Shown: one piece after another, positions 59,913 through 63,047 of the stretch
Layout of the letters: the number at the start of each line of letters is the position of its first letter
How positions within the stretch are numbered: the first letter of the stretch is position 1
From: Gemmatimonadales bacterium
Lineage (GTDB): Bacteria > Gemmatimonadota > Gemmatimonadetes > Gemmatimonadales > GWC2-71-9
Assembly (NCBI GenBank): GCA_013140635.1
Contig: JABFSM010000054.1
Location: 1-63,047 of the forward strand
DNA length: 63,047 nt
Reading direction: 5' to 3'
The notes under the pieces: generated by a model
Databases searched by the model: none
What the model was told of the DNA's origin: nothing
Seen by the model: the letters and a program-made list of their open reading frames with translations, nothing else
Translations under genes and position numbers: made by a program

Positions 59913-62852
59913 CTACACGGCCGCCGGGACCGCCACTTTTTCGATGCGCACCGCGCTCACCTTGAATTCGGCGATCTTGGCATAGGGATCGAGCGCGGGA
60001 TTGGTCAATACGTTGGCCGCCGCCTCGCGGAAGTGCATCGGGATGAAGACCTGTCCCGGGGCCTGCCGGTCGGAAACCCGCACGCCGATCAGCACACTTC
60101 CGCGCCGGCTCGACACCCTGACCGTCTCGCCTTCCGCCAGGCCGAGCTCGAGAGCGTCCACCGCGGCTATTTCGACGACGGGCACCGGTTCGCGGGAGTC
60201 GAGCCCGGTGGAGCGGCGCGTCATCGTGCCGGTATGCCAGTGATACATCTGCCGGCCGGTATTGAGGAAATAGGGATAGTCGGCGCTGGGCAGTTCGGCC
60301 GGGGGGAGGTACTCCACCGGCACGAGCCGCGCGCGGCCGTCGGCGGTCGGAAAACTGTCCGCAAAGAGGAAGGCGGTGCCCGGCGAGTCGGGCGTCAACA
60401 CCGGATATTGCAGCGACCCCTCCCGCCGCAACTTTTCGTAGGACACTCCCCGCCAATTCGGGGTGACCCGCGCAATCTCGTCCATCACCTCGGAAGCGGA
60501 GTTGTGCGGCGTGGCGAGTCCGAGCCGGCGGGAGAGATCGATCAGGATCTCCAGATCGCCCCGCGCCTGGCCGGGGGTCGGCACCGCCGCGTTGGCGATC
60601 TGAATATGGCGGTCGGTGTTGGCGTAGGTTCCCTCTTTTTCCGCGAAGGAAGCCCCCGGCAGTACCACGTCCGCCCAGCGCGCGGTCTCGGTCAGGAAGA
60701 GATCCTGCACCGTGAGGAATTCGAGCTTCCGGACCCACTCCTCGGCCTTGGCCACGTTCGGGTCGGAGAGGACCGGATTCTCGCCCATCACGAACATCGC
60801 CCGGACCGAACTCCCCTCTTTCACCACTTCGGTGACCATCAGCCCCTTCTCGAGCGAAAGGGACTCGGCGGGCACTCCCCACGCCGCCGCGTACTCGGCG
60901 CGATTGGCGGGGTCGGTCACTGGGCGATAATCGGTGTACGCGAACGGAATCGCGCCGACGTCGCTCGCGCCCTGCACGTTGTTTTGCCCGCGAATCGGAA
61001 TCATCGCGGCGCCCCAGCGGCCGATCATGCCGCAACTGAGCAGCAAGTTGAGCAAGCTCGTCACGATGTCGGTACCGGTGGCGTGCTGGGTGAGCCCCAT
61101 CGCCCAGAGGGTGGAGGTGTTGGGCCCTTTGGCATAGAGCTCGGCGGCTCGCTTGATCTGCTCCGCGGGAATGCCGCAAATCTTCTGCGCCATTTCCGGG
61201 GTATAGGGCGCGACCGCCGCCTTCACCTCCTCGAATCCCGCCGTGCGGCCGCCGATGAAACGGAGGTCGGCGAGCCCCGCCGCGATAATGTGCTGCAGCA
61301 TGGCGTTGTAGAGCGCCACGTCGGTGCCGGGAAGCATCTGCAAATGGACGTCGGCGAGCGCGGCCAGTTCGGTCTTTCGCACGTCCGCCACAATCAGCTT
61401 GGCGCCTTTGGCCCGGGCCCGCTTGATCAATGCGCCGAATACGGGGTGGCTCTCCGTGGTATTGGCGCCGGCAATGAAGATGACATCGCACGCCTCTTCG
61501 ATTTCGCGCATCGAGCCGGAAGCGGCGGCGGTGGCGAGCGCCCGGTTCATGGCCGCCACGGAGGTGGAATGGCAGAGCCTGGTGCAGTGATCGACGTTGT
61601 TGGTGCGGAAGGCCCCCCGCACCATGCGCATCAGGAGGTAGTTCTCTTCGTTGCTGCATTTGGCGGAGGAAAACGCGGCGAGCGCCTGTGGCCCCGCGGT
61701 GTCACGGATTCGAAGGAACTCCTGGGCGGCAAGGCTCATCGCCTCCTCCCAAGTGGCCTCGCGGAAGGTGTCGTACCACTCGGCAGGCGTGGCGACCCGG
61801 TCGCGCACGTCGCCATCGTCGATCAAGAGCTGGCCGGTCTGCGGCGGCTTCCCAACCTGGCGGCTCGGTGGCTTTGGCTTCCGCCGGTGGCCCTCTTCGG
61901 CCACCGTTTGCCAGGCGCCGTCGCGGTAGCGCGGCGACTCACCGGTCCAAGTCCAGCGGCCGTCGCGCTGCTCCCATCCCTTTCGGATGAGTGGCTGGGT
62001 CAACCGATCGCGGTGCTGCGGGAAATCGTACCCGAAACGGCCCTTGACGCAGGTGGAGCCTTGGTTCGGCGTACGCTCCTCGATCCAGGGGGAGGTAACC
62101 CGGACAACGGTGTCGTCGTGCACGTGGAGGTCGATCTGGCACCCGACACCGCAATAGGGGCAGACCGATCGGACCTTCCGATCCGGTTCCAGGATGGCGA
62201 GGGCGTCGAACCGCTTTCGCGGCATCACTTCGAAGATGGCGCCGGTTGGGCAGACGCGGACGCACTCGCCGCACCAGGTGCACCCGGCGTGATCGGGATC
62301 GCCGTCGCCGCCGACGATGATTTCGGTGTGCATGCCGCGGAGGGCCACGTCGAGCACGCCGACTTCCTGAATGTCCTCGCACGCCCGCACGCAGCGGGTG
62401 CAGAGAATGCAGCGGGACATGTCGTGGCTGATCATCACGTCGCCGGGACGGGTGTCGCCGCCGCGGAGGGGGAGCTCGCGCGTCTCAGGGATCACACCAT
62501 AGCGGGTGACATACTCCTCGAACTCGTTGGCCGGATGCTCTCGACCCCCATTGGCCAGATGCTCGCCGGGATATCGCTCCAGGAGGAACCGCAGCACGCT
62601 CTTCCGGTTGTCGACGGCCGGGTCTGATTCGGTTTCGACCACCATGTCCTGCGCCGCGGGGGTTCCGCACGCCGGAACCAGCTTGGGCGCTCCCGCGACG
62701 GAAACGAGGCAGATGCGGCAGTTGGCGACGTTGGGAAGCTTCGGATACCAACAGAGAGTGGGGATGTCGACGCCCTGAGCCCGGGCGGCGTTCAGGATGG
62801 TGGCGCCGGGCTCAAACGGGATGACCGTTCCGTTCAGGGTAAAGCTGGGCAT
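59913..62852 (-). CDS. Formate dehydrogenase alpha subunit (NAD-linked type with N-terminal 2Fe-2S/4Fe-4S domains and a Mo/W-bisPGD domain; Cys variant)
   Basis: 979 aa. Motifs CWYPKL...CRICLV, CILCTRCVRAC, CPYCGVGCQ and HCTRLCHSTSV. There is no in-frame TGA, so it is not a selenoprotein. Confidence 0.9.
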   Translation of the reverse strand: MPSFTLNGTVIPFEPGATILNAARAQGVDIPTLCWYPKLPNVANCRICLVSVAGAPKLVPACGTPAAQDMVVETESDPAVDNRKSVLRFLLERYPGEHLANGGREHPANEFEEYVTRYGVIPETRELPLRGGDTRPGDVMISHDMSRCILCTRCVRACEDIQEVGVLDVALRGMHTEIIVGGDGDPDHAGCTWCGECVRVCPTGAIFEVMPRKRFDALAILEPDRKVRSVCPYCGVGCQIDLHVHDDTVVRVTSPWIEERTPNQGSTCVKGRFGYDFPQHRDRLTQPLIRKGWEQRDGRWTWTGESPRYRDGAWQTVAEEGHRRKPKPPSRQVGKPPQTGQLLIDDGDVRDRVATPAEWYDTFREATWEEAMSLAAQEFLRIRDTAGPQALAAFSSAKCSNEENYLLMRMVRGAFRTNNVDHCTRLCHSTSVAAMNRALATAAASGSMREIEEACDVIFIAGANTTESHPVFGALIKRARAKGAKLIVADVRKTELAALADVHLQMLPGTDVALYNAMLQHIIAAGLADLRFIGGRTAGFEEVKAAVAPYTPEMAQKICGIPAEQIKRAAELYAKGPNTSTLWAMGLTQHATGTDIVTSLLNLLLSCGMIGRWGAAMIPIRGQNNVQGASDVGAIPFAYTDYRPVTDPANRAEYAAAWGVPAESLSLEKGLMVTEVVKEGSSVRAMFVMGENPVLSDPNVAKAEEWVRKLEFLTVQDLFLTETARWADVVLPGASFAEKEGTYANTDRHIQIANAAVPTPGQARGDLEILIDLSRRLGLATPHNSASEVMDEIARVTPNWRGVSYEKLRREGSLQYPVLTPDSPGTAFLFADSFPTADGRARLVPVEYLPPAELPSADYPYFLNTGRQMYHWHTGTMTRRSTGLDSREPVPVVEIAAVDALELGLAEGETVRVSSRRGSVLIGVRVSDRQAPGQVFIPMHFREAAANVLTNPALDPYAKIAEFKVSAVRIEKVAVPAAV

Positions 62853-63047
62853 TGCCGGGCGGTCCGTCCGAGAGAGGGGCAGTTTCGAGGATACGGCCCT
62901 CGTACGCTTCGGCGCAAGCTCCGGCGCCCGCGTCGTCGCTCCAAACGTATGTCCAGATTGGGGTTCGGGTGCTCGGTCGGAGCTGTTAGGCGGTGTCTAC
63001 GCCGTCGAGGCCCGCGATTCGGCCCGCGGGAGGGGGTGGGTCAGCAG

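Noticed and set aside
59118-62627. 1169-aa plus-strand ORF, the second-longest ORF in the track.
   Set aside because: It is the antisense shadow of the formate dehydrogenase alpha gene (59913-62852, minus), which carries unmistakable Fe-S and molybdopterin motifs. The plus-strand translation is an Arg/Gly/Ala/His-rich low-complexity string with no motifs. Such stop-free antisense frames are expected in GC3-rich DNA.
62986-63047. Possible 3' end of another minus-strand gene (...AGRIAGLDGVDTA*, stop at 62986-88) upstream of the formate dehydrogenase gene.
   Set aside because: Only ~20 codons are visible and no motif is present, so I cannot distinguish it from non-coding sequence.
1-63047. I looked for tRNA/rRNA genes, CRISPR arrays, transposases or integrases, inverted terminal repeats, toxin-antitoxin pairs and known defence-system genes.
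   Set aside because: I found none by eye. No regularly spaced short direct repeats, no cloverleaf-like GC-rich 75-nt units in intergenic regions, and no DDE, tyrosine or serine recombinase motifs appeared in any frame I examined. A tRNAscan/Infernal/ISfinder run would be needed for certainty.

Overview
This is a high-GC, GC3-rich bacterial window. I cannot assign a taxon from sequence alone, and all family calls come from motif recognition because no database search was possible. Positions ~1-55,700 form one large exopolysaccharide (EPS) island of the PEP-CTERM/exosortase-associated type. It carries a PEP-CTERM-locus-type deacetylase, a FemAB-family protein and a DegT-like aminotransferase. 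It also carries seven GT4, one GT2, one GT25 and two atypical glycosyltransferase-like genes. Acetyl-handling genes include an MBOAT O-acyltransferase with a partner, a CE4 deacetylase and a PIG-L deacetylase. Further genes are an ATP-grasp ligase, a Wzy/O-antigen-ligase-like protein and a Wzm/Wzt ABC exporter. A nucleotide-sugar operon encodes an SDR, Ugd, an RmlC-like epimerase, a SAF-domain dehydrogenase and a cytidylyltransferase. Export and control genes include a priming sugar transferase, a Wza-like exporter, a Wzc-type BY-kinase and a low-molecular-weight tyrosine phosphatase. There is also an 11x Big_2 repeat lipoprotein and a 74-aa mini PEP-CTERM protein. No exosortase gene is present in the window. 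Regulators are an NtrC-family sigma-54 activator with a soluble histidine kinase, and a REC-degenerate-GGDEF protein. At least eleven intergenic -24/-12 (sigma-54-type) promoter candidates point into the operons. The most unusual content is a lasso-peptide-like toolkit that lacks a cyclase. It comprises a PqqD/RRE protein, a B2-type transglutaminase-like protease, a nucleotidyltransferase and an ABC exporter at 29.4-33.1 kb. About 23 kb away sits an HprK-related kinase preceded by a strongly supported 50-aa ORF whose leader fits the lasso leader signature. The right end (57.6-62.9 kb) is housekeeping: kbl-tdh and a formate dehydrogenase alpha subunit. The gene at the left edge (1..1601, minus strand) runs off the window and is missing from the ORF track. 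No tRNA, rRNA, CRISPR or transposase genes were seen.
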